DNA from: an uncultured bacterium | Lineage (GTDB): Bacteria; Patescibacteriota; Doudnabacteria; UBA920 | Reading direction: 5' to 3' | NCBI GenBank assembly: GCA_963749445.1 | Contig: CAVVMJ010000004.1 | Span: 16,483 to 80,482 of the forward strand | DNA: 64,000 nucleotides | Part shown: piece after piece, positions 1 to 10,306 of the stretch | Numbering within the stretch: the first letter of the stretch is position 1 | Layout of the letters: each line of letters begins with the position of its first letter | Notes under the pieces: generated by a model | The model's database searches: none | The model's input: only the letters and a program-made list of their open reading frames with translations | What the model was told of the DNA's origin: nothing | Position numbers and translations under genes: made by a program

Positions 1-248
1 CGGTTTGTTGCAGCTGGACAAAATTATTAATTTTGTCACTGTCGGAAAATCGCTCATCCAGCATAGCCACGGTTAAATGGTCGCCAATAGTTTTTGGCGC
101 TAACGTAATCCAGCATTCCCAAAGCCGAACCGGCTGACAACAGCAATAATATCGGCTTTTCAGCGCTGTCGGCAAGCAGTTGGTTTAGGGCTTCCCCGGC
201 TGCCGCGGCCGCTGCCTCCCGGCTTGACTCCCTGATAGTCTTTATCAT
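1..248 (-). CDS. 6-phosphogluconolactonase/glucosamine-6-P isomerase family protein, partial (runs off window; internal frameshift)
   Basis: LLLLSAGSAL motif in ORF 54..248; DERF motif continues in another frame at 1-60. Confidence 0.55.
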
Positions 249-347
249 AAGATAATCTTAACTGATTTTTCAGTTTTTTCAAAGCCAAATTTTTTGAAAC
301 CAACCGGCATTTATTTGCGTATAATAAAGTCGGAAAGGATTATATTT

Positions 348-1307
348 ATGAGAAATAAAAGCCTGGCGACAATTGTTATCATTTTAGTAGTGGCCGCAGC
401 CGGCGGTTTTTGGTATACCCAAAAAATTAACCAAAAACAGGCTAAGGATTTTAACAACAAAATCGCCCTGCTGCAAAAGCAGGTCGGCGCCTTGGAATCC
501 GACATCACCAAAATTGCCAGCAGCACCACCGCTTCGGCTTTGTCCGAGCGGGAACTTGCCAACCGCCAGCAGGTCATCCAAAAATCCCAGGATCAGATGC
601 TCACCGACGCCGTGGCCAAAGTCACGCCGAGCGTGGTGTCCATTGTGGCGTCCAAAGACGTGCCCAACTACCAAATCGTTTACGTTAACCCCTTTGGCGA
701 CGATCCGTTTTTTCAGAATTCCGGCATCCAGGTGCCGGAGTACCAGCAAAACGGCACCACTCATCAGCAAGTGAGCGCGGGCACCGGATTTTTAATCACC
801 GCGGACGGCTTTATCTTTACTAACAAGCATGTGGTCGTCGACGACCAAGCCGATTACACGGTGCTGCTTAGCAGCGGCAAACAATTGCCCGGAAAAGTTA
901 TTTATAAAGATCCGACTAACGACTTGGCTGTAGTTAAAATCAGCGGCAGCGGTTACAGGGCGGTTAACCTGGACGATTCGTCCAAGCTTGCGCTCGGCCA
1001 GACTGTATTTGCGGTCGGCAACGCGTTGGGGCAGTACAACAATTCGGTGTCGGTCGGCGTGATTTCCGGGCTTAACCGCTCCATTGAGGCCAGCGGCAGC
1101 CAGCTGGGCACGGAACAATTAAACGGCGTTATCCAGACCGACGCGGCTATTAATCCGGGCAACAGCGGCGGCCCGCTTTCCGATTTAGACGGCAATGTCG
1201 TGGGAGTTAACGTGGCTACGGTCCAGGGTTCCAACAATATTAGTTTTTCCATTCCCATAAACACGGTTAAGCCGATTTTAAAGAGCGTGTTGGGGAAGAA
1301 TTTTTGA
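348..1307 (+). CDS. HtrA/DegP-like trypsin serine protease with N-terminal TM and coiled coil, no PDZ
   Basis: TNKHVV, DLAVVK and QTDAAINPGNSGGPL catalytic motifs; ATG at 348. Confidence 0.92.
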   Translation: MRNKSLATIVIILVVAAAGGFWYTQKINQKQAKDFNNKIALLQKQVGALESDITKIASSTTASALSERELANRQQVIQKSQDQMLTDAVAKVTPSVVSIVASKDVPNYQIVYVNPFGDDPFFQNSGIQVPEYQQNGTTHQQVSAGTGFLITADGFIFTNKHVVVDDQADYTVLLSSGKQLPGKVIYKDPTNDLAVVKISGSGYRAVNLDDSSKLALGQTVFAVGNALGQYNNSVSVGVISGLNRSIEASGSQLGTEQLNGVIQTDAAINPGNSGGPLSDLDGNVVGVNVATVQGSNNISFSIPINTVKPILKSVLGKNF

Positions 1308-1332
1308 TTTTTGATTTTTGATCGATCCGAGT

Positions 1333-1431
1333 TTGATGGGCATCTTCGTGGTTCCACAACCGCTGACTAAAAATTATCAAATGACGATTGGTTGAGGTCG
1401 AGGCTTGTGTTGGCAAGAAGATGCCCATCAA
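1333..1431. repeat. 99-bp element with TTGATGGGCATCTTC terminal inverted repeats (copy 1)
   Basis: TIR seen directly; relatives at 9624, 10307, 18657, 46067, 48885 and a half copy at 5113. Confidence 0.85.
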
Positions 1432-1493
1432 CTTTAATCGAAGTACAAAAAAACTCTCCTTGGACGGAGAGTTTTTTGAATATCGCGATAATG

Positions 1494-2174
1494 TCATTCT
1501 TCAATCGCGAACGGATTGAAATCCGTATCCCGGTCGTAGTAGTCTTCGTGCTCTTTGCGTTTTAAAAAGTTGACCACCGCGTAAGTCAGGGGCGTGGCCA
1601 CCACTTCAAACAAAACTTTAAATACGTAAATCGTGGCCATTAAATTAAACATTGCCGGCAGCGGAAGAACGCCGTAAAAGGCAATTAGCGTAAAAGTAAA
1701 CGAGTCCACTGCTTCGCCCGCAATGGTGGACCCAATTGTCCGGCTCCACAAATATTTGCCCGAGGTCCAGATTTTCATTTTGGCCAAAACAAACGAGTTC
1801 AAAAACTCGCCGGCAAAATAAGCGCACAAACTGGCAAACACCAGCCGCGGCACAAAGCCCAGAATTTGTTCGTAAGCGGCCTGTCCGGTCCAATCCTTGG
1901 CCGCCGGCAAATATTGCACGGCCGCCAAAGTCAATGCCATCATAACTAAGCAGCTAAAACCAATCCAAATTATCCGCCGCGATTTGGCGTAGCCGTAGAC
2001 TTCGGTCAAAATGTCGTCAAAAATATAGGAGATGGGAAACAAAATCGTGCCGCCGTCAAAATTGAACGGGCCAATTCTGGCCACTTTGGCCGAGGCAATG
2101 TTGGAAATAATCAAAACGGCCACAAACAGGCCGCAAATAATGTCGTAGTATTTAAAAATTCTGGTTTGCGCCAT
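1494..2174 (-). CDS. yhhQ: Queuosine precursor transporter (YhhQ/VUT family)
   Basis: Multi-TM; SNIASAK, FPISYIFDDILTEVYG, RTIGSTIAGEAVDS motifs. Confidence 0.9.
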   Translation of the reverse strand: MAQTRIFKYYDIICGLFVAVLIISNIASAKVARIGPFNFDGGTILFPISYIFDDILTEVYGYAKSRRIIWIGFSCLVMMALTLAAVQYLPAAKDWTGQAAYEQILGFVPRLVFASLCAYFAGEFLNSFVLAKMKIWTSGKYLWSRTIGSTIAGEAVDSFTFTLIAFYGVLPLPAMFNLMATIYVFKVLFEVVATPLTYAVVNFLKRKEHEDYYDRDTDFNPFAIEE

Positions 2175-2218
2175 ATGGCAATTTTTTGTTGATGGACATA
2201 TTTAGGTAACGCCTATGT

Positions 2219-2396
2219 GTCATTCCGGAATTTTTGTCTGTCTTTTGCACACATCGGTCAGACAAAAATATCCGGCCTGCCCGCCAAAGCTTCAGCGACG
2301 GCGGGAATCCAGAATTAAGCAATTTCTTGTTTCTGGATCCCCGCATATTTTTCAGGACCGATGTAATCTTTGAACCTGAAAAATTGCGGGATGACA
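2219..2396. repeat. Composite palindromic repeat (GTCATTCCGG..GGAATCCAG..CTGGATCCCC..GGGATGAC) with nested GCCAAAGCTTC element
   Basis: Nested inverted repeats between alr and yhhQ. Confidence 0.7.
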
Positions 2397-2422
2397 GTAA
2401 CAGGATTAAGCGGATTCGCTTA

Positions 2423-3615
2423 TTAAATAACCACCCTGCGCAAATACGACGGAATCCGCACCAAGACTTCATAGGGAATAGTCTGGCAGATTTTGGCAAT
2501 GTTTTCCACGGAGTTTACGTCAGTCGGATTTGGACTTATCAGGTTTACTTTTTGTTCCAAATGAACGTTGGGCACATCACTTACGTCAATGGAAGTAATG
2601 TTCATGCTCACTCGTCCTAAAATCGGGCAAGCGATATTATCCACCGTAAAACTTCCGGTTCCGGACAGCCTTCTGTCAAAGCCCTCGGTGTAGCCTACGG
2701 GCACGGTGGCGACTTTCATATCGTGGCCAGCGGTAAAGGTAATATTATAGCCAACGCCTTCGCCGGGTTTAAGCGTTCTTATGGAGCTGATTATGGAGAC
2801 CATGCCCAAAGCGGGTTTTAAACCAATTTGGATGTGCGGGGAAAACTTAAAGCCGTACAGGCCGATGCCCAAACGCAAAACATCGGCATCAATATTTTGC
2901 GCAAAGGCCGCGCCGGCCGTGTTGGCCAAATGCTTGAATTTTATGGGTCCGAATTGTTTTCCGCTTCGCCGGCCAGTTTATTCCAAAGCGCGATTTGTTT
3001 TTTGGTAAAATCCGTATTTGCGTTGTCCGCGTCGGCCAAATGCGAACAAACGCCCTCGATTTTGATCAGCGGATTGCTTTTGATGATCTTTATCGCTTCG
3101 GGCAATTCATCGGGCGACAATCCCTGCCTACGCATGCCGGTATCAATTTTCAGATGGAAATTTGCCGCCCGTTTTAAATTTTTATCAATCAGTTTAAGCT
3201 GTTCCAAACTGATTATGGCAAAAGCCGTGTTTTTGAGTTTGTGATGGTTAATGTTTTCGGCCGTAGTGTAGCCCAAAATCAACAGCGGAGTTTTAATGCC
3301 TTCGTGCCTCAATGTCCGCGCCTCAAACAAAGAATCCACCATAAAAAACGGCAAACTCATTTGCCCCCTCTCCCTTTGGGAGAGGGTCGGGGTGAGGGTT
3401 TTGCGATTATAATCATCAAGGATTTTTGCCACCTCCACCAACCCGTGCCCATAAGCGTTGCTTTTTAACACCGGCGCGAATTTTACGTTTGGGCAAAGTT
3501 TTTGGTAAGCGCGCAAGTTATGGAGAATGTTGTCGCGATAAATCAGCACCTCAATCAGCGGCCGGTACGGATCCCGGGATTTTTTGAGTTTTTTTAGTGC
3601 TGATAAAAATGTCAT
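2423..3615 (-). CDS. alr: Alanine racemase (one frameshift near 2950)
   Basis: VLKSNAYGHG PLP-lysine motif, HLKIDTGMRRQG, GVCSHLADAD, GRVSMN; ORFs 2941..3825 and 2423..2929. Confidence 0.9.
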
Positions 3616-3751
3616 ATGGGTATTATACCCGTTGCTTGGTTTATTGACAATTTTTGTTTTCCGTGTTATTTTAGGGCATTGTACCAGTCTTCCGGCTGGG
3701 GCAATACTTCGTCCCGTTTGAGACGAAAATTTCAAAAAAAGGGGGTTCCTC

Positions 3752-4411
3752 ATGGACCCCGCAGTAAAGAGAAATTTGGAAGACCCTCTCGCGATGTTAC
3801 CGCGCTCAAGCATCGTCGAGTTCAAAAAGGGTCAGCTCATCTACAACAATCGCCAGCCAGCCACTAACATTTATCTCGTGATCGAGGGGAAAGTGAAGGT
3901 CTCGCGGATGGGGGGTGACGGCCGCCAGGTGGTGGTGGATATCTACCAGCCCGACGAGTTCTTCGGGGAGTCGGCGTTCCTGAATCTTTCGCACCGGTCC
4001 GAGCAGGCCATCGCTCTGGACAACACCAGGCTGATGGCCTGGACGACCGAGGAAATCGAGGAAATGATCACGAGCCGGCCGCGCTTGGCGGCAGCGCTGC
4101 TGCAAATCCTCACAAAGCGGTCGATGGATTTCACATGGCGCATCCAGAGCCTGTGTATGGACAATATCGCGCAGCGCCTGGCTCGTTCGCTCATCCTGTT
4201 TGCCGACCGTATGGGGACGCGAGAAAAAGGCAGTCTGGTCCGCATGGCGCCGCTCACCCACGAGCTGCTGGCGCAGTACGTCGGCACGTCGCGCGAAATC
4301 GTAACGCATTACATGAACCATTTCCGGAGAGAGGGCTATCTGGAGTACTCGCGGCAGAGCATCATTCTCGACCGCGATGCCCTGAAGGAGTGGCTGGGGT
4401 ATTATAGCTAG
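3752..4411 (+). CDS. Crp/Fnr family transcriptional regulator
   Basis: cNMP-binding fold (FFGES) plus C-terminal HTH LTHELLAQYVGTSREIVT. Confidence 0.92.
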   Translation: MDPAVKRNLEDPLAMLPRSSIVEFKKGQLIYNNRQPATNIYLVIEGKVKVSRMGGDGRQVVVDIYQPDEFFGESAFLNLSHRSEQAIALDNTRLMAWTTEEIEEMITSRPRLAAALLQILTKRSMDFTWRIQSLCMDNIAQRLARSLILFADRMGTREKGSLVRMAPLTHELLAQYVGTSREIVTHYMNHFRREGYLEYSRQSIILDRDALKEWLGYYS

Positions 4412-4477
4412 GGGGGCAACGCGCCTCGGCATAAAGGAGGCGCGGCAAAAAACAGATGGAGGGGAGTAGGAGATTCG

Positions 4478-4518
4478 CAGGCGCGCCGTTTTGAGGGGAA
4501 CGGCGCGTTTGATTTTTT
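4478..4518 (+). terminator. Probable intrinsic terminator after crp-like gene
   Basis: caggcgcgccgtt..aacggcgcgtttg hairpin followed by T run. Confidence 0.5.
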
Positions 4519-4780
4519 AGACTCAATACGTTACGTTTTTTTCTATCTATCTCGAAGAGTGCAGCCGACCCGTTCGGTCAAACTCAGGATCGCCCTGAGC
4601 GAAGCCGAATGGGCGAGGAGAGATCTATTTATATCGTATTTTAACAGATTTTTCCCTCAGATGCATTCGGTCGAAATGGAAATACTTTTTCTATTTTGTC
4701 GCTGGAGTATTTATTTTCATACATCAAACAAAAACCCCGCTCTTTGTTTCCAAAGCGCGGGGCTAAAGTTGTAACGCAGA

Positions 4781-4978
4781 TTAAGCGCGCTGGACGTTGA
4801 CCGCGTTCATCCCTTTGGGGGAGTCTTCGGTGTCAAACGTAACAGCGTCGCCTTCCTGCAGTTCGTCAAAAGTGACGCCGACTAAGGCCTTGCTGTGGAA
4901 AAAGAGGTCTTTGTCCAAGCCATCGGCTTTAATAAAGCCAAAGCCTCTGTCGGTTTTCTTTTTGATAATACCGTTCAT
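4781..4978 (-). CDS. cspA: Cold-shock protein
   Basis: RGFGFI (RNP1) and DLFFH (RNP2) motifs, 65 aa. Confidence 0.93.
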   Translation of the reverse strand: MNGIIKKKTDRGFGFIKADGLDKDLFFHSKALVGVTFDELQEGDAVTFDTEDSPKGMNAVNVQRA

Positions 4979-5061
4979 GAAGTTGAAGTTGAATTTAGAT
5001 TGATAAGAAAAATATATTTGTGAAATTCGACGACTTTTCTATAAATATTTTTTGCCCCATG

Positions 5062-5090
5062 AGTATAACAGATATGGGGTATCCTGTCAA
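5062..5090 (-). promoter_or_regulatory. Sigma70 promoter of csp gene
   Basis: TTGACA-N17-TATACT with extended TG on minus strand. Confidence 0.7.
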
Positions 5091-5142
5091 CAGCTTGGGG
5101 AATTGACGGGGATTGATGGGCATCTTCGTGGCAAATGGGTGA

Positions 5143-5252
5143 AATTGCGAGCCCCGATGCAGAGGGGCGCGGCAATCCCGATACTTAACGGGATTGCTTC
5201 GTCCACCTTCGCTAAAGCTTCGGCGGATAAATCGGATGCACTCCTCGCAATT
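5143..5252. repeat. ATTGCGAG..GCAATC/GATTGC..CTCGCAAT palindromic repeat with nested CCTTCGCTAAAGCTTCGGCGGA element
   Basis: Inverted structure; related copy at 50540-50612. Confidence 0.65.
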
Positions 5253-5271
5253 TCATTTGATAATTTGAGAT

Positions 5272-6529
5272 CTATAACGGAATCGCCATTTTTGTCCGGC
5301 GATGAAAGAAGTAGGCAACAATTGCCCCAAAAACCAGTACCAATACCAGCCAAAGGTTGGGTACGTACAGGTTCCACAAATCCCACAGGCTTATCCAGGA
5401 AAGCGAGATTGTGCCGCGTACCGTGGCCACAGTGTCCAGAAAGGTCGCCGGTTTGTTTATTCAATTGATCCAGAGTGTTTTGTTGGTCGCTGATTTGCTG
5501 AGTTTAAGTTAGCCGACCGGTTATTGTAGTCCGAATTTTCTTGTGCCAAACGGTTTTGCAGATTTTTGATTTGGCTTTGTAAGGCCTGTTCCTGGGTCTC
5601 TATTTCATAGGCCCTGCCCAGGGTGCTGGGCGGTTCGTTTTGCAAAGTTTTAAGATTATTGGCGGCGGAATTGATTTGTGCCCGCAATGAGGCAACAGTT
5701 TGGTTATGGCTGATGTTTAGCTGGTTCAGGCCGGCATTAAGCTGGTCCAAAGTTTTTTGTGTATCGTTTTGCTGGTTCTCAATTAAAACTTTCTGTGGCA
5801 GTAGGTTTTCGCTGGACAGAGTTTCCGTGTAAAATCTGGCGCCGGACAGGTTTTTAACCTGAGTTTTAAAAGTTTCCAGTTTATCCGCGGGGATAACAAA
5901 GCTTAAGATAGCCTGCTCTTGGAACTGTTGGAAGCATCCACGCGCCCGTCAAAGCCGCGGACAATAGTTTGCAGCTGCCCGGAAAGTTTTGCACGTCGCG
6001 GGTTTGAATATCGGCTGAATAATCAGTTTTTAACAGTTCGCGGTTGTCGCTGCTGGGTACTTCGGCCGGCGAGGGCGGCGTTGGAGGATAATATTGCAGG
6101 CTGTTATCCGATGACAAATTGGAAGCCATATTTTCCCGTTGCGCGGAATTTTGGTTCATCGGTACATCCGTGCTTGGGGCCATAGGCGGAGATCCGGCCG
6201 CGCTTTTTTGATCCAGATGATTGGCGCTGCCTGCTGCGTAACATCGGCACTTTGGTTTTGCGCCACAGAACCGATGGAAAGTGTTTGCGAAAATTCCTGG
6301 TTAGATTTATCTGCCCCGTTGCCGTTAAGCGAGCCAATCAATAAAACCACAATGGCCAATCCGGTAAAGGCTAAAGACAGCCATGGCAGTTTAAGGGTTG
6401 CGCGATATCATCCGGCTTTACATTTGGGGACAGCTTGCCCAATATTTCGCTTTTCATCACCTGATGGTTTTGGGGCAAAATTTGTTTTGCCCGTCCCCAG
6501 TCAGTTAAGGTTTTTTCAATGTTGTTCAT
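5272..6529 (-). CDS. DUF4349-like membrane/coiled-coil protein, putative anti-sigma partner (several frameshifts)
   Basis: Fragments 6156..6359, 5881..6183 and 5457..5750 join into TM + LLKTDYSADIQTRDV + coiled coil + C-terminal TM; follows an ECF sigma. Confidence 0.5.
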
Positions 6530-6561
6530 ATGGTTTAAGAAACTTATTTAAATTTTTTCCA

Positions 6562-6664
6562 TTTCCATCCCGACCGACGACGAGTGCATCCGAGGAGGAG
6601 TGGAGGGATCTGTTATATTAGAAATAGATTCCTCGGCTCCGCTAAAGCTCCGCTCGGAATGGCA
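6562..6664. repeat. CCATCCCGA..GGGATCT/AGATTCCT..TCGGAATGG palindromic intergenic repeat
   Basis: REP-like inverted structure between sigma gene and downstream gene. Confidence 0.55.
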
Positions 6665-6673
6665 AGTAGAAAA

Positions 6674-7205
6674 CTAGGAATCACTTTGAAGCAACAGCAG
6701 ACGTGCCCGCGCTAATGCCCGATGCATCCTCACCCTCACGGCCACGGCATTAATGTTTAAAACGCGTGCGACTTCATTCAGCGGCAAATCCGCAATATAG
6801 CGCAGGCGAAAAAGTTCGCGGTCGTCTTCGGAAAGCCTGTTTAAAAGCTGGTCAACTAAAATTTTATTATCCGGTGTATTCCGGCCATCATCAGCAATAT
6901 CATTTTCAGCTAATTGGCCGGTCAGTTTCGTGCCGTGATTTCTGCCAATGCTGCCGGCATTCGTTTTTGGCAATGGCAAATAGCCAGGAACTTACCGGGT
7001 AGCCCCGGGGCTGGAAACGGGGGAGCGCCTGTATGGCCTTAAGCCAGGTGGATTGCAGCAAATCTTCAGCCAAAGTTTTATTGCGCGTAACATTGACCAA
7101 ATAGCCAAACAGCTTGGGGGTTAAGGCGTCCCATAACATCCCCAAAGCTTCTTTGTCGCCATTTTGGGCTTTTTTCACGAGCGTTAGTTCTTGTTGTTGG
7201 TCCAT
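6674..7205 (-). CDS. ECF sigma-70 factor (one frameshift near 6960)
   Basis: Region 2 AEDLLQSTWLKA..SWLFAIAKN; region 4 LPLNEVARVLNINAVAVRVRMHRA. Confidence 0.85.
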
Positions 7206-7339
7206 AGGCTGATTGTAGATCAAATTCAATCTTTTCAATAGGATAATACCCCAAAGCATGAAAATGTTACAGGGCTATTTTGGGCATAAAAAAATTAAGT
7301 AATTGTTTACTTAATTAAAAAGTTCCAACTTTTTTCATA

Positions 7340-7737
7340 TGGTGGAGATGCCGGGAGTTAAACCCGGGTCCAAAACTTTTTTAGCCTTCCAATTATTCAC
7401 AAGATTAGTCAGCTCAATGGCCTTAATGACAGGAGCTGACCAGATATCATCAAGGATGATTTACGTTAGCTTAGGCCTAATCGGTGCAAATCAAACCGAT
7501 TAACGTGCAGCCCCTAATGAAGCCGCTGATCTATGGTTGGGGCGGACTTTGGGGCGGCGCCCTAACTTAGTATTAAGCGAAGGCAAGTGCCGGAGCTGGC
7601 AAAGGCGTTAGCCAATGCGGCCTTCACTTTAGAAAATGCGTTAGCATTTATTTGAGCCTAATGGTTTTACGAGCGCATTCAGCTGCTCGTCTTGTATATT
7701 GAAAGATGTCAAAGTCCTGTCAAAATCCGTCATCCCC
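7340..7737 (-). ncRNA. ssrA: tmRNA
   Basis: 5' GGGGATGA..TTTGAC; 3' GGACCCGGGTTTAACTCCCGGCATCTCCACCA; tag begins ATAAAT-GCT (ANAF...) and ALAFA-stop is present; smpB nearby. Confidence 0.92.
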
Positions 7738-7780
7738 ACGTCGGAATATATATTATCACAGATTTTGTTTTTGACAAGGC

Positions 7781-8407
7781 TTATTTTTAGCAGCGATTTT
7801 AAATTGGCGATTTTGCCGTCGGTAATATCCCATTCGTAGATGTCCGTGTTGGCGATGTCCTTGGTCGTGTCTTTGCCGCGGTAAATGCGCGGCATATCGG
7901 GAAAGTGAAACAACAAAAGGCGGATAGGCCCGTTGTGACAAATTATCCCGACGTTTTTGCCCGGATTGTTGGTAATAATGTCCAAGACGGCGCTTACCGT
8001 GCGCTGGCGGACATCATCCACGTTTTCCCCGCCGAACGGGCGGTAATCAAATACCTGCAAGCGCTCCATTTCTTCGTGGTTTGGCAGCAGCTTGTCCCAT
8101 TCCGGAAGCGGTTTGCCGGCCAGACTGCCGAAATCCCGTTCATGCAGCCGCCGGTCGTGGATTACCGGGATGGGTTTTTCTAACCTTTTGTTAATCAGCG
8201 CCGCGCTCTCTTCGGCCCGGTGCAGATAAGAGGTATAAAGACGTCAAGTTTTAGCTGCTTGATTATCGGGATAATCCTCTCCACCTGCATTATCCCGTTG
8301 GTATCCAAATAGTCGTCAATAAAAATGCCCTGCCGGATGTGCTCGGCGTTGCTCGGCGTTTCGCCGTGGCGGATAAAGTAGAGCGTGGTTTGGGGATTGT
8401 CGGTCAT
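7781..8407 (-). CDS. Histidine phosphatase (PhoE/GpmB-like), frameshifted; 3' end approximate
   Basis: FIRHGET motif, LHERDFGSL, GGEN, ICHNGPIR; ORFs 8195..8407 and 7641..8069. Confidence 0.75.
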
Positions 8408-8414
8408 TAGAGAA

Positions 8415-8795
8415 TTAAGAATTTTGAATATAGAATTTAGTTTTTTTGATTATTCCGTGGAGCAATTTGCTTAGTTCTGTGTAGGAGCTTTCCATGTTTG
8501 ATAAGTCGGTCGCAGTAATATAACCAAGTTTTTCCGAAAATAGAAGTTGGCTTTGGATTTCCGTTAAGGAACCAAGGGCGATCGAGTAAAACTGCAATTT
8601 TTCCTTGTATGACTGTCTGCTGAAACCTTCGGCAATATTTGAGTTTAAAGAAACAGCTGCCCGCCTTAATTGTGAAGTTAAGGCAAACAGCTCTTCTTTG
8701 GGAAACGATTTTGTAAGTTTATATATTTCTAAACCAAGCTTGAAAGCCGACTGCCAGACTTTAAGATCCGTAAATGATTTAATGGTTTTTTCCAT
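8415..8795 (-). CDS. Four-helix bundle protein (23S rRNA IVP/bAvd-like family)
   Basis: FTDLKVWQ..FPKEELFALTSQLRRAAVS..NIAEG..GSLTE signature. Confidence 0.92.
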   Translation of the reverse strand: MEKTIKSFTDLKVWQSAFKLGLEIYKLTKSFPKEELFALTSQLRRAAVSLNSNIAEGFSRQSYKEKLQFYSIALGSLTEIQSQLLFSEKLGYITATDLSNMESSYTELSKLLHGIIKKTKFYIQNS

Positions 8796-8830
8796 TGCAA
8801 TCCAAAATTCTAAATTCCAGATTCTGTATT

Positions 8831-9195
8831 CTATTTTCTGGATTTTTTGCGGGATTTTGCGGCCGGCGCTTTAGGCAAATGCTTGGCAATGTTTTTCCAG
8901 TGGCCGCGCAGTTCCCGCTTCAGAAGTTCCACTTCCTTGGGGCTGGCTTTTTCCAGTTTTTTGTATTTGGCCACGACTTCATCAATGGCTTGCTGATAGG
9001 TTTTTTGGCTCAGGGTCTTCATTTGCTCCAGCTGCTCCATAACTTCGCCTTTGGCTTTAACGGCCCAAGTTTTCATATGTTTTCGGTGCTTTGAGGCTTC
9101 TTTGCTGCCGTAAAAATAATAAGCTGCCGGCCGCGGCGGCCAACGCGGCCAAACCGGTGGCGGTTTTTACGAGCGGATGGGTTTTGTGTGCCGTT
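8831..9195 (-). CDS. Hypothetical protein with N-terminal hydrophobic anchor (frameshifted; start uncertain)
   Basis: ORFs 9057..9248 and 8831..9076 join. Confidence 0.55.
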
Positions 9196-9323
9196 ATAGT
9201 GCTCCTTTTGTATAATCTACTAAATAGACAAATCCAGAAAATATACAAATTACTAAAAGTCCGAAATACGAAACGGCCGATTTGGATTTGTATATTAGTT
9301 TAATATTTTTATATTTCGAATAG

Positions 9324-9587
9324 TTATTTTTTACTTTTTTTATAAATGTTGCTAAAAAAGCTGCTTAAAAATTTGAATTTCGCGCCCTGTTCTTTGACAT
9401 TTTGCCGCAGTTCCGACAATTCGCCGGAAATAATATCCGCCTCGCTTTTGGCTTTGTGGGAAATGTATTTGATGTCTTTGAGGATTTTGATCAGGTAAAT
9501 TAAAATGACGGCGAAAATCACTGTTAACACCACCACAGCCACGCTGGTAATAAAGAAAAACACATGCATTTGATAAAAATCGGTCAT
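9324..9587 (-). CDS. Small membrane protein (DUF948-like)
   Basis: One TM followed by coiled coil. Confidence 0.65.
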   Translation of the reverse strand: MTDFYQMHVFFFITSVAVVVLTVIFAVILIYLIKILKDIKYISHKAKSEADIISGELSELRQNVKEQGAKFKFLSSFFSNIYKKSKK

Positions 9588-9623
9588 AGTTTTTGTATTT
9601 TAGTTGAGTGATTGGTTGAGTTT

Positions 9624-9722
9624 TTAATGGGCATCTTCGTGGCACCACAATTACCAACTAATAACTATCAGATAACGTCTGGTTGAGGTCGGAGGTTGTG
9701 TTGGCAAGAAGATGCCCATCAA
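9624..9722. repeat. 99-bp TTGATGGGCATCTTC element (copy 2)
   Basis: TIR and interior similar to copy 1. Confidence 0.85.
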
Positions 9723-9769
9723 CTTTCATCATTATATCATATTAAGTATGGGCCGGGAAATCCTGGTAT

Positions 9770-10294
9770 TTATTGAACAATTCTTGCAAAATGCTTTGAT
9801 ATTCGTCCGAATGGTCTGGTCGTGCCCGACTTCCAGGATTTCATCGTTAATATTGGTGGCGAGGTGGTCCAGTTGTAGGAGCCGCTGGCGTAAGTTTTGT
9901 CCGTAACCACGGCCTTGGTATGCATAATGCCGTCTTCGTTGCGTTCGTAAACCGGGATGCCGGCGTTTTCCAGCTCTTTGACAATGTCTTTTTGCCCGCT
10001 GGCTTGGTCTATTTGCGTCTTGTCGGTAAGTCCGATGACGGTTAAGCCGCGGTATTTGGCTCCCAAAAGTGCGTCTTTAATGTCCTGCCGGGTAAAAGTG
10101 TAAACCGAAAAATAAACAAATTTGTCCGCGTCTTGGATGACGCTGATGATTTCCTTGTTTAGTTCATGCTCGTGGTTGTAATAGACCGCGATTTGGTGCG
10201 CGGGCAGGTAGCGGCTGGTGTAGTATATTTGTCCAATAAGTCCTATCAGTCCTATTATAATCAGAATGTATATGGCGTCTCTTTTTGTTTTCAT
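9770..10294 (-). CDS. Phospholipase D family (Nuc-like) nuclease with N-terminal TM; C-terminal frameshift likely
   Basis: Single HxKxxxxD motif (HTKAVVTD) plus GSYNWT. Confidence 0.85.
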   Translation of the reverse strand: MKTKRDAIYILIIIGLIGLIGQIYYTSRYLPAHQIAVYYNHEHELNKEIISVIQDADKFVYFSVYTFTRQDIKDALLGAKYRGLTVIGLTDKTQIDQASGQKDIVKELENAGIPVYERNEDGIMHTKAVVTDKTYASGSYNWTTSPPILTMKSWKSGTTRPFGRISKHFARIVQ

Positions 10295-10306
10295 ATTTTT
10301 GAGTTT

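Noticed and set aside
1333-1431. 99-bp elements as integron attC sites
   Set aside because: End polarity is GTT..AAC rather than RYYYAAC..GTTRRRY, copies are not arrayed with cassettes, and no integron integrase is seen.
2175-2420. preQ1 riboswitch upstream of yhhQ
   Set aside because: No recognisable preQ1 consensus; the interval is filled by nested palindromic repeats.
7641-7780. Phosphatase C-terminus overlapping tmRNA
   Set aside because: Probably read-through from an indel in an A run; an out-of-frame TAA lies at 7781-7783.
8415-8795. Diversity-generating retroelement (Avd-like gene)
   Set aside because: No reverse transcriptase and no TR/VR pair with adenine-specific mismatches seen in the window.
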